From positions 608,001 to 672,000 of the forward strand of contig CAWCRS010000005.1 of assembly GCA_963798085.1 (NCBI GenBank): 64,000 nucleotides of DNA. The letters are read 5' to 3'. Every line of letters begins with the position of its first letter. Within the stretch, counting starts at the first letter, position 1. The notes under the pieces are model-generated. The model searched no databases and was not told where the DNA came from. It saw only the letters and a program-made list of their open reading frames with translations. The position numbers and the translations under genes are program-made. This stretch comes from an uncultured Gemmatimonadales bacterium (GTDB lineage: Bacteria; Gemmatimonadota; Gemmatimonadetes; Longimicrobiales; RSA9). Below are positions 8,781-17,369 of this stretch, in pieces.

Positions 8781-9518
8781 TCACGCGATCAGGCGGGAGC
8801 GCGCGCGGCCTGCTGCCTCGACGAAACCGCCCACCAGCGGGTGCAGCTCGCCGCGCAGGGCACGCCGCTCCGGCTGGAACATGGTGGCCATGAAGAAGGG
8901 GTGATCGTCGAGTTCGATGATGCGGGCCTCACCCTGGTCGTCTTCGCCCGTAATGCGCAGCGGTCCGCTATCGAAGAGCGAGCGCAGCTGGGGATTCAGG
9001 CCGAAGCTGCAGTGGTACGCCTCGTCGGCGAGGCGGGTGCTGCGGGCGAGCGCGGCTGCGCGCGAACCCGGCTGCAGGCGAATGCTCCCGTGCACTTCGA
9101 CCATGGAACAGGCGAGTCTGCTGATCAGCAGCAGCGGGCTGGCGGCCTCCAGCTCTTCATGATCGGCCTGTTCCAGGCGCAGGACATTGCGCGCATACTC
9201 GAGCAGCGCGTGCTGGTATCCGCCGCAGGTTCCCAGGAACGGGCGATGCTGCTCGCGTGCGAAGCGGATGGCAGCGAGCGCGCCCCCGGTCGACCGGTAC
9301 GGGCTGTCGGGCACGCACCAGATGCCGTCGAAGCCGGCGATCATTGCTGGCTGCGCGGCGATGGCCTCCGTGCCCGGCCACGCCGCCGTCACCGTCTGAC
9401 CGAGGGCGCGGGCGGCCAGCTCCAGCGAGAGAGGATTGGCACGATGCGCGATGACGCGCTCGTCATGGTCTCCGACGATCAGAATGCGCAGGGACAAGCG
9501 TCGCCTCCTGCCTGGCAT
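8781..9518 (-). CDS. Stand-alone CTP-synthase-like class I glutamine amidotransferase
   Basis: FDGIWCVP.SPY, PFLGTCGGYQHA and HPFFMATMFQPE; no synthetase domain. Confidence 0.85.
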   Translation of the reverse strand: MPGRRRRLSLRILIVGDHDERVIAHRANPLSLELAARALGQTVTAAWPGTEAIAAQPAMIAGFDGIWCVPDSPYRSTGGALAAIRFAREQHRPFLGTCGGYQHALLEYARNVLRLEQADHEELEAASPLLLISRLACSMVEVHGSIRLQPGSRAAALARSTRLADEAYHCSFGLNPQLRSLFDSGPLRITGEDDQGEARIIELDDHPFFMATMFQPERRALRGELHPLVGGFVEAAGRARSRLIA

Positions 9519-9685
9519 GAGTCATGGCGTGGCCGTGAAGCAACGAGCGCCCGCGCACGCTCGTGACGCGGCCACGGGTTCTGGCCTGACGCGCGGAGAG
9601 ACTTGACGGTCGGGACCGCCGGCCGCAATCTGCTGGAGGGTCATACCAGCCCGTTGTTCATCGAGCTTCGGCGCACGCGACTACC

Positions 9686-10702
9686 ATGCTGGCCCTTACG
9701 CTGTCGTTGGCGATCGCGGTCATTTATCTGGCACTCATCCGGGTGCTGGACATGAACGAGCGTGAGCCGCTGTGGGCTGTCCTGCTGCTCTTCGGCGCGG
9801 GCGCGGCGGGTGCCGCGCTGGTCCGCCTCTTCATTCCTTCCTTCACGATCGAGCTGACGCTGCTGCACGGCGCCGCCGCAGAAGAGGCGGCGGTCTTTGC
9901 CGCAATCATCCTGGGTCTGTTTCTGGTGCAGCTGGCGGCGCGCTCGCGTGGCTGGTCCGAGCTGAACGATGTGATGGACGGCATCGTGTACGGAGCGGCG
10001 GCCGGGCTGGGTTACGCGACGGGCGGCACCTTTCTGCGCGAGCTGGTGCTGCGCTCGGCGCCGCCCAATGTGTATGCGCGGCCCTGGCTGTCACTGCTGG
10101 GCGCCGCCGCACTCACGGGCCTCGCGCATGGCGTGTTCGGTGCGTTGAGCGGCGTGGGTGTGGCGGCCGCGTTCGAGTACCGCGGGCTGCTCCGGCGACT
10201 GCTGCCGCCCGCCGCCGGTCTGCTGCTGGCGGTGCTGGCTAACACGGGATACCGGTGGCTGTCGTGGAACGGTCAGGGCGGCCTCGCCGTGCTGCGCTCA
10301 TCGCTGGCGCTCGCGCTGCCATTGCTGCTGCTGGTGGCGGTAGGCCTGTACACGCTGCGCAGTGAAAAGCGCGCCATTGTCGAGCAGCTCGCCGGCGAAG
10401 ACGGCCCGGATGGTGCGGCGACCGCTCGCGATCTCGAGCTGCTGGCGGCGCACGGGCAGCGTGCCCGCCTCTACCTGAGCACCATGATGCGGCACGGGCT
10501 GACGCGCAGCGTGCAGCTGCGCGGCCTGCACAACTGCCAGGTGCAGCTGGCGCTCACCAAGCGGCGCGCCGCGGGCGAGACTAATGCAGGCGCGCGCTCC
10601 GCGCTGACGCGCGAGATGGACGCGTTGCGCGGCGCCATCCGCGAGCGTCGCCGGGCCATTGAGGGCGTCACTGCGGCCGCTTCCACCCCGGGCCGCCCAT
10701 GA
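9686..10702 (+). CDS. PrsW-family intramembrane metalloprotease-like protein (degenerate motifs)
   Basis: D..EREP, EE pair, DGIVYGAAAGLG and a conserved H in LAHGVF; multi-TM. Confidence 0.8.
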   Translation: MLALTLSLAIAVIYLALIRVLDMNEREPLWAVLLLFGAGAAGAALVRLFIPSFTIELTLLHGAAAEEAAVFAAIILGLFLVQLAARSRGWSELNDVMDGIVYGAAAGLGYATGGTFLRELVLRSAPPNVYARPWLSLLGAAALTGLAHGVFGALSGVGVAAAFEYRGLLRRLLPPAAGLLLAVLANTGYRWLSWNGQGGLAVLRSSLALALPLLLLVAVGLYTLRSEKRAIVEQLAGEDGPDGAATARDLELLAAHGQRARLYLSTMMRHGLTRSVQLRGLHNCQVQLALTKRRAAGETNAGARSALTREMDALRGAIRERRRAIEGVTAAASTPGRP

Positions 10703-11886
10703 AGCGCGCGCACGGGAGTCGCCTGCGAACACCCGTCCTCGTGCTGCTCAGCCTGCCGCTGCTCATGGCCATGCAGATGCGCGGGCGCGGCGATCGCGAT
10801 CACGACGGCATTCCGGATGACGTGGACAAGTGCCCGGACCAGCCCGAGACGGTGAACGGTTTCGCGGACAACGACGGCTGCCCGGATTCCGTGAACGACC
10901 TGTTTCAGCTGGCGCGCGGCAGCGTCGACCAGTTCTGGCGCGAGGAGACGCCCAAACTCGGTGTTATCTATCGGCCGCCCACGGTGGTGCGCGGCTACAC
11001 CCAGGAGATACAGACGCCCTGCGGCGCCGCGGAACTCGACAACGCTTTCTTCTGCGGCAACGATCACGGCCTGTACTTCGACATGAACTTCCTGGGCGAC
11101 GAGTTCAAGCGCGGCGACTACGCGCCTGTGGTCATCGTGGCACACGAGTGGGGCCACCTCACGCAGTCGAATCGCGGCTGGCAGGACAGCATCCCGCTGC
11201 GCTACGAGCTGCAGGCCGACTGCTACGCGGGCGCGTACACGCGCTACGCCGAGCGGCAGCACATGCTCGAGCCGGGCGACATGGAAGAGGCGATCAGCGG
11301 CCTGTTCCGCGCGGGCAGCACTGACGTGCTCTGGCTGGATCCGCAGGCGCACGGCTCACCCGGCAATCGCATCGACGCCTTCAACTGGGGCTACCACAAC
11401 GCCGCGAAGGCGTGCGCGGAAGCGGTCTTCATGCGCAAAGGCGGCGGCATTGTACCCGTGTGGGATGTGAGTACCTACCCGTCCGGCTCGCTGGGCGACC
11501 GCGTGGAGCCACGCGTGGGCAGCTACACGCTGGTCAATGTCACGCGCCGCAAGGACCTCATGGTCAGCGATGTGACCGACGCGGTGCAGTGTGTCTTCCG
11601 CGATGCGGAGGGCGGCGAGATCTGGCAGGAAATCGTGAAGCTGGTGTCCACGGAGCGCAGCGAATTGTGGATAAGCAGCAATGACAGCCGGCTGGAGCAG
11701 AAGGGCTACACGGTGATCGATCAGGGCCGCATGGTGGGCAAGGACAAACAGCCTGTGGGCCGCTGGGTGCAGGTGCAGAAGGCCGACGAGAAGAGCATCT
11801 TCCTGTGGACCAACGGCGTGTGGTACGCCACCGTTGCCGGCGCTCCCGCGCGGGTCAGCGATTTCGTCAAGCACTACCCCTTCTGA
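10699..11886 (+). CDS. Secreted neutral zinc metallopeptidase (YpfJ-like) with a thrombospondin type-3-like Ca-binding repeat
   Basis: DRDHDGIPDDVDKCPD repeat; NAFFC, HEWGH, ELQADCYAG and HGS...R motifs; ATGA overlap with the prsW-like gene. Confidence 0.85.
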   Translation: MKRAHGSRLRTPVLVLLSLPLLMAMQMRGRGDRDHDGIPDDVDKCPDQPETVNGFADNDGCPDSVNDLFQLARGSVDQFWREETPKLGVIYRPPTVVRGYTQEIQTPCGAAELDNAFFCGNDHGLYFDMNFLGDEFKRGDYAPVVIVAHEWGHLTQSNRGWQDSIPLRYELQADCYAGAYTRYAERQHMLEPGDMEEAISGLFRAGSTDVLWLDPQAHGSPGNRIDAFNWGYHNAAKACAEAVFMRKGGGIVPVWDVSTYPSGSLGDRVEPRVGSYTLVNVTRRKDLMVSDVTDAVQCVFRDAEGGEIWQEIVKLVSTERSELWISSNDSRLEQKGYTVIDQGRMVGKDKQPVGRWVQVQKADEKSIFLWTNGVWYATVAGAPARVSDFVKHYPF

Positions 11887-12049
11887 TTCCATTCCCCGAC
11901 TGCGCCCGCTGGCGGCATGGCGTCCGCGCCGGGCGCAGGCTGCATCCCGCGAGTGCATCGCAGTGTCGAAGGTCTGAGGCGACCGGGTCGATCCGCGTGG
12001 CTCGCCCGCTCCCGCGTGCGCGTCAGGGACGGATCCCGCTGGAGGTCAA

Positions 12050-14422
12050 GTGATGGATGGGCTGCTGCGAGATGTACGCGTGGCGCTGCGCTCGCTGGCG
12101 AGGCAGCGCGCATTCCTGTTGACCGTGGTGCTCACGCTGGCCGTCGGCATCGGCGCTAACAGTGCTGTTTTCAGCATGGTGGATGCGCTGCTGCTGCGCG
12201 CGCTGCCCTGGCCTGACGCCGGGCGGCTGGTGCTGCTCTCGAGCACGGCGGAAATGAAGTCGGGCAACCTCGCCGACTGGCACAGCGCGCTGCCCGCCTT
12301 CGATCGCATGGAAGGCAGCGGCCTGGGCTCGGCTGCGCTCACGGGCGCCGGTCCTGCGCGCGAGGTCGAAGTCAGTCCCGTTTCGGCGGGCTTTCTGTCG
12401 TTGCTGGGCGCGAAGCCGGCCATGGGCCGCCTGCTCGACGGCGCCAATGAACAGCCCGGTGCCGCGCCGGTCGCCGTGGTGAGCGCCCGGCTCTGGCACG
12501 ACGTGCTGGGCGGCGGTCCGTCGCTGACCAATCGGTCGATAGTGCTCGACGGCATTGCGTACGGCGTGGTGGGCGTGCTGCCGGGTGGCTTCGCTCTGCC
12601 CGCAGGTGATGCGGAAGTATGGCTGCCGTTCTCCGGGCCGGACGTTGCCGTGAACCCGCTGGCGCGACTCGCGCCGGGAGCCTCGCTGGAAAGCGCGAAG
12701 CGCGAGGCACAAGCCGCTGCGGCGAGCCGACCGGTCGCGGACTGGGCGCCGCCCGGCACGAAGCCGGCGAGCTACCTCCAGTCGCTGCGCGAGAGCGAAA
12801 CCCGACAGCTGCGCCTGCCTCTGCTCATCGCTCTCGCCGCAGCCGTGCTGGTCATGGCGATGGCGTGCGTCAATGTGGCCACGCTCCTGCTGGCGCGCGG
12901 CAGCGCGCGCACCGGCGAGCTGATGCTGCGCGCCGCGCTGGGCGCCAGACGAGGCGTTCTGTTGCGTCAGCTGCTGGTGGAGAGTCTGGTCACCGGATTG
13001 CCCGCAGGCGCTCTCGGATTGCTCACGGGATGGTGGGGCACGCACGCGCTGCTGCGCTTCGCACCGCCATGGATGGACCAGCTGCGTGCCGTGCGACTCG
13101 ACCCGCTGGTGATTGGCTTCACGCTGGCACTGTCGCTGGTCACCGTGCTGGCGGCCGGTCTGGGTCCGGCTCTGTCCGCGCTGCGCGGAGCGTCCGGCAT
13201 GGCGGCGGGCGCGCAAACGCGCGTGAGTGCGAGTCGTGGTGCGCAGCGTGGCCGCGAATTCCTGATCGGTGGCGAGATCGCGCTGGCGCTGGTCGTGCTG
13301 GTGGCCATGGTCCTGCTGCTGCGCACCTTCCTGACGCTGCAGCCTCGCGCTCCGGGATTCTCCGCCGAAAACCGCCTGGTCGCGGAGGTGCGCGTGCCCG
13401 CAGCCGGTGATGCGACGCGCGCGGCCACGAACTACGCGCAGCGGCTGCTGCAGCGCCTGGCCGTGCAGCCCGGTGTGCGCGTGGCCGCCATTGCCACGAC
13501 CGTGCCCTTCACCGGGCTCACCGGCACGGTGCAGGTGCTGTCGGTGGACGGCCAGCCGCTTGCGCCCGGCGGGTCCGCGCGCTTCCAGTATCGCGCGATA
13601 ACGCAGGGTTACCAGGAAACGCTGGGCATGCGCATCGTGCAGGGGCGCGGCTTCGGGCCGGCGGATGGACCGGGCGGTGCGCCGGTCCTGGTGCTGAACG
13701 AAAGCGCGGCGCGCCGGCTGCTGGGCGGAACCGCCGAGGCGCCGGGTCATCGCATTACGCTCGCCATGGGTCGCAGCCCCCGGGAATTCACGGTGGTAGG
13801 CGTAATCAATGATGCGCGCAGCCTGGGCATGACCGACGCGGTGAGCGCGGAAGTGCTGACCAGTTTCTGGCAGGCGCCGCAGGCGAGGTTCAATCTCGTG
13901 ATGCACACGCGGGACGGCGGTCTGAACGAGGCGCAACTGCGGCGCCTGGCGGCCGAGATCGATCCCGACATTCCGCTGGCCGCGGTGACAACGCTCTCCG
14001 ATATCACCGCCAGGGCGGTCGCGCAGCCGCGCTTCCACCTGGTGCTCATGCTGGGCATCAGCGCCCTGGGCGTGCTGCTCGCGCTGGTGGGCTGCTACAG
14101 CCTGCTGGCATTCACAGTGACCCAGCGGCGGCGCGAATTCGGCGTACGCGCGGCATTGGGCGCAACGAGGCGCGACCTTGCACGACACGTGCTGGGCCGC
14201 GGGTTGCGCTTCATCGGTGCGGGTGTCGCAGTGGGCGTGGCACTGGCCTGGGCTTCGACACGCCTGCTCGTTTCGCTGCTCTTCGGTGTGGCTCCGACCG
14301 ATCCGGCCAGCTTTGCGCTGGCGGCCGCCGCGTTGTGCCTGACCGCCGCCTGCGCGGCGCTGCTGCCGGCGCTGCGCGCCGCCGGTGTGAATCCCGTCGA
14401 AGCGTTGCGCGGCCACAGCTGA
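12050..14422 (+). CDS. ADOP-type duplicated MacB/FtsX-like ABC permease
   Basis: TLAVGIGANSAVFS, ACVNVATLLLARG, EFGVRAALGA and PALRAAGVNPVEALR; two permease halves. Confidence 0.92.
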   Translation: MMDGLLRDVRVALRSLARQRAFLLTVVLTLAVGIGANSAVFSMVDALLLRALPWPDAGRLVLLSSTAEMKSGNLADWHSALPAFDRMEGSGLGSAALTGAGPAREVEVSPVSAGFLSLLGAKPAMGRLLDGANEQPGAAPVAVVSARLWHDVLGGGPSLTNRSIVLDGIAYGVVGVLPGGFALPAGDAEVWLPFSGPDVAVNPLARLAPGASLESAKREAQAAAASRPVADWAPPGTKPASYLQSLRESETRQLRLPLLIALAAAVLVMAMACVNVATLLLARGSARTGELMLRAALGARRGVLLRQLLVESLVTGLPAGALGLLTGWWGTHALLRFAPPWMDQLRAVRLDPLVIGFTLALSLVTVLAAGLGPALSALRGASGMAAGAQTRVSASRGAQRGREFLIGGEIALALVVLVAMVLLLRTFLTLQPRAPGFSAENRLVAEVRVPAAGDATRAATNYAQRLLQRLAVQPGVRVAAIATTVPFTGLTGTVQVLSVDGQPLAPGGSARFQYRAITQGYQETLGMRIVQGRGFGPADGPGGAPVLVLNESAARRLLGGTAEAPGHRITLAMGRSPREFTVVGVINDARSLGMTDAVSAEVLTSFWQAPQARFNLVMHTRDGGLNEAQLRRLAAEIDPDIPLAAVTTLSDITARAVAQPRFHLVLMLGISALGVLLALVGCYSLLAFTVTQRRREFGVRAALGATRRDLARHVLGRGLRFIGAGVAVGVALAWASTRLLVSLLFGVAPTDPASFALAAAALCLTAACAALLPALRAAGVNPVEALRGHS

Positions 14423-14588
14423 ACCAGCCACGTGGGGGAACAGCGCGGTGGAGCGCGCGGCGTGCGGGCGCAAGCCGCATGCGACCCGGCTCCGCCATGG
14501 CCCGATCGTCTGGTGTAGCGGACGGACCGCCTCGTGTGTCCCAAAGACTGCGGGTGACATTCATCATCGAACATCGGCAGGAACTGCC

Positions 14589-16946
14589 ATGGATGCCTTG
14601 CGGCGTGACCTTCGCTTCGCCATCCGCGGACTGCTGCGCGAGCGCACCTTCGCGCTGACCGCACTGCTCACGCTGATGCTCGGCATTGGCGCCAACACGG
14701 CGATCTTCACACTGGTGAACGCGCTGCTGCTGCGTTCCCTGCCCTACCCGGACGGTGATCGCCTGGTGCACATCGCGAGCACCGTCATCCGCCCCGACAA
14801 TCTCGCCGAGTGGCGCGCAGGGCTGTCGTCGCTGGACCGCACCGCGGCGTACGGGCTGGGCAGCGCGGTTCGCACGGGGGCCGGTCCAGCCACACAGTCG
14901 ACCGTGATGCTGGCGTCACCCGAGCTGCTGTCGCTGCTGGGCGCGCGTGCCGCGCAGGGGCGTCTCTGGAGCGAGCAGGACTTCGCAGCCAACGCGTCGC
15001 CCGTGGCACTGGTCAGCGCACGCATGTGGAACACGCTGGCACCCGCCGGCCGCAGTGCGGCGCGCTCGGTGGTGCTGAATGGCGTGAACTACGCGGTCGT
15101 GGGCGCACTGCCTTCCAGCGCCTTCCTGTATTTCCGCGACATCGATTTCTGGGTGCCGGCGACGCAGTTTCCGACGCGCTCGCTCACGCTGATCGGACGG
15201 GTCGCCGCCGGGTCCACACTGGAGCAGGTGCGCACGCAGGCGACAGCGGTGGGCGAGCGCTTCCAGGCCGAGGGCAGTCTGCGCGATGTGCGGCGCATCG
15301 TGAACCCGCAGTGGCTGCGAAATGTGCTGGTGGGCGACCTGCGCTCGCCGCTGCTGGTGCTGCTGGGCGCGTCCGTGCTGGTGCTGCTCATCGCGTGTGC
15401 GAACGTGGCAAACCTGCTGTTATCGCGTACCGGAACCCGCCTGCGCGAGCTATCCGTGCGCGCGGCACTGGGCGCAGGGCGAGGCATGCTGCTGCGGCAG
15501 CTGCTGACGGAGAGCGCCCTGCTGGCCGTGGCCGGCGCCACCGGGGGACTGCTGCTGGCGTGGTGGGCCGTGCACGCCACGACGGCCCTTGCCGCCGGCA
15601 CGATCCGCGGCCTGGAAGACGTCCACCTCGACCCCGCCGTGCTGGGCTTCACGCTGCTGGTCGCGTCACTCACCACCGTGCTGGGTGGACTGGCGCCGGC
15701 GCTGGCAGGCTCGCGTCCGGCGCACGCAACGGGCGCCGCGCTGCGCGTGACGGCCACGCGTGCCTCCCGCCGCTGGCGCGAACTGCTCGTCAGCGGCGAG
15801 GTGGCGCTGGCGCTGGTGCTGCTGATCGCCACCGTGCTGCTGGCGCGCACCTTCCTGATCCTGCGTCCCGCGAATCCGGGCTTCGACACGCGCGACCGCC
15901 TCATCGCCACGCTGGCGCTGCCCACCACCTCGGCGCAGGTCACTAACACGGAGTTCTGGCAGGGGCTGCTGCAGCGCATCCAGGCCGCGCCCGGCCGTCC
16001 GCGTGCGGCACTGGTCACGGATCTGCCGCTGAGCGGGTCATCGATGTTCGTGCGCGTGACCGGCATTGATGGCCGGGCGCCCGACGCTCCTCCGGAACGG
16101 CCGCTCAGTATCCATTTCCGCTCCGCGTCGCCGGATTACTTCGACGTGATGGACATGCGACTGCTGCGGGGCCGCAATCTGCGCGAGGCGGAGGGGCCGA
16201 ACGGCCCGCTGTCACTGGTCATCAATGAAAACGCCGCGCACAGGCTGTGGCCGGACGGCGCCGACCCGCTGGGCCATCACGTGAGCATCGACATCGATGG
16301 CACGGCGCGCGACTTCACGGTGGTGGGCATCAGTGCCGACGTACGCTTCATGGGCGGTATCACCGATGCGCGCGCCGAGGTCTTTGCTTCGTTCTGGCAG
16401 CTGCCATGGGCCCGCACGCAGCTGGTGGTGCACGATGCAACCCGCACCCTGACAGCCGACGGGCTGCGTCAGATCGTCGCTTCGGTGGATCCGGACCTGC
16501 CCCTGCGCAATCTCTCCACCATGACGGAACTGGCGAGCCAGTCCGTCGCTTTCCCGCGCTTCCAGATGACGCTCATGTCCATCTACGGCGTGCTCGCGCT
16601 CGTGCTGGCGCTGGTGGGCTGCTACGGCGTGCTCGCGTACCAGGTGACGCAGCGCACACGCGAGTTCGGCGTCCGCGCCGCGCTGGGCGCGAGCCGCTTC
16701 GCCATCCTCTCGCAGGTCGTGCGCCGTGCGCTGCTGCTCCTCGGCGTCGGCCTCGCCGGCGGGCTGCTGCTGGCGCGCGCCGGCAGCAGCCTGATCGCTT
16801 CCCTCCTCTACGGCGTGACGCCGTCCGATCCACTCACCTTCGTGCTCGCCACCGCCGCACTCGCACTGGCGATCCTGGGCGCCGCGCTGCTCCCCGCCTG
16901 GCGCGCGGCATCCATCACACCGCTCGAGGCGCTGCGCGCGGAGTAG
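14589..16946 (+). CDS. ADOP-type duplicated ABC permease (tandem paralog)
   Basis: MDALRRDLRFAIRGL, GIGANTAIF, IACANVANLLL and PLEALRAE. Confidence 0.92.
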   Translation: MDALRRDLRFAIRGLLRERTFALTALLTLMLGIGANTAIFTLVNALLLRSLPYPDGDRLVHIASTVIRPDNLAEWRAGLSSLDRTAAYGLGSAVRTGAGPATQSTVMLASPELLSLLGARAAQGRLWSEQDFAANASPVALVSARMWNTLAPAGRSAARSVVLNGVNYAVVGALPSSAFLYFRDIDFWVPATQFPTRSLTLIGRVAAGSTLEQVRTQATAVGERFQAEGSLRDVRRIVNPQWLRNVLVGDLRSPLLVLLGASVLVLLIACANVANLLLSRTGTRLRELSVRAALGAGRGMLLRQLLTESALLAVAGATGGLLLAWWAVHATTALAAGTIRGLEDVHLDPAVLGFTLLVASLTTVLGGLAPALAGSRPAHATGAALRVTATRASRRWRELLVSGEVALALVLLIATVLLARTFLILRPANPGFDTRDRLIATLALPTTSAQVTNTEFWQGLLQRIQAAPGRPRAALVTDLPLSGSSMFVRVTGIDGRAPDAPPERPLSIHFRSASPDYFDVMDMRLLRGRNLREAEGPNGPLSLVINENAAHRLWPDGADPLGHHVSIDIDGTARDFTVVGISADVRFMGGITDARAEVFASFWQLPWARTQLVVHDATRTLTADGLRQIVASVDPDLPLRNLSTMTELASQSVAFPRFQMTLMSIYGVLALVLALVGCYGVLAYQVTQRTREFGVRAALGASRFAILSQVVRRALLLLGVGLAGGLLLARAGSSLIASLLYGVTPSDPLTFVLATAALALAILGAALLPAWRAASITPLEALRAE

Positions 16947-16953
16947 CACGTGC

Positions 16954-17009
16954 TTGACGGGGTGCCGGCGCTGCGCTAGTAATGCATCTATACGATTTCG
17001 TATAAATGC
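16954..17009 (+). promoter_or_regulatory. Promoter and palindromic PadR operator
   Basis: TTGACG-17nt-TAGTAA followed by the inverted repeat GCATcTATACGAttTCGTATAaATGC (16984-17009). Confidence 0.7.
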
Positions 17010-17018
17010 GAGGAAGCG

Positions 17019-17369
17019 GTGGCGCGGCGAGACGAGGCGCTGAAAGCGGCCTGGTTCCAGATCCTGCTGTCGGTGGCGGACGCGAGTCTGCACGGCACAG
17101 CGATCATGGAAGAGGTGCTGGAGCGGACGGATGGTGCGCTGCGGCTGTGGCCGGGCGCGCTGTACGGGTCGCTGGCGGAGCTGGCGCAGCGCGGCTGGAT
17201 CCGTGAGGTGCATGCGCCGGCGGATGCGCCGACGGAAGGTGGCAAGCGGCGCTTCTGGGCGATCACGGCTGCGGGCAGGCGCGTGCTGGAGCAGGAAGTC
17301 GAGCGCATGGAGGCGTACGTACGCGCGGCGCGCAGCAAGCGTGTGCTGCGGGGCACGTCGCCGGCGTGA
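17019..17369 (+). CDS. PadR-family transcriptional regulator
   Basis: FQILLS..LHG.AIM, LWPGALYGSL and RRFWAIT; GTGA overlap with the permease. Confidence 0.9.
   Translation: MARRDEALKAAWFQILLSVADASLHGTAIMEEVLERTDGALRLWPGALYGSLAELAQRGWIREVHAPADAPTEGGKRRFWAITAAGRRVLEQEVERMEAYVRAARSKRVLRGTSPA

Noticed and set aside
12023..14560. 845-aa antisense ORF and many similar long shadow ORFs
   Set aside because: These are Arg/Ala/Gln-rich antisense frames expected in high-GC DNA opposite real genes.
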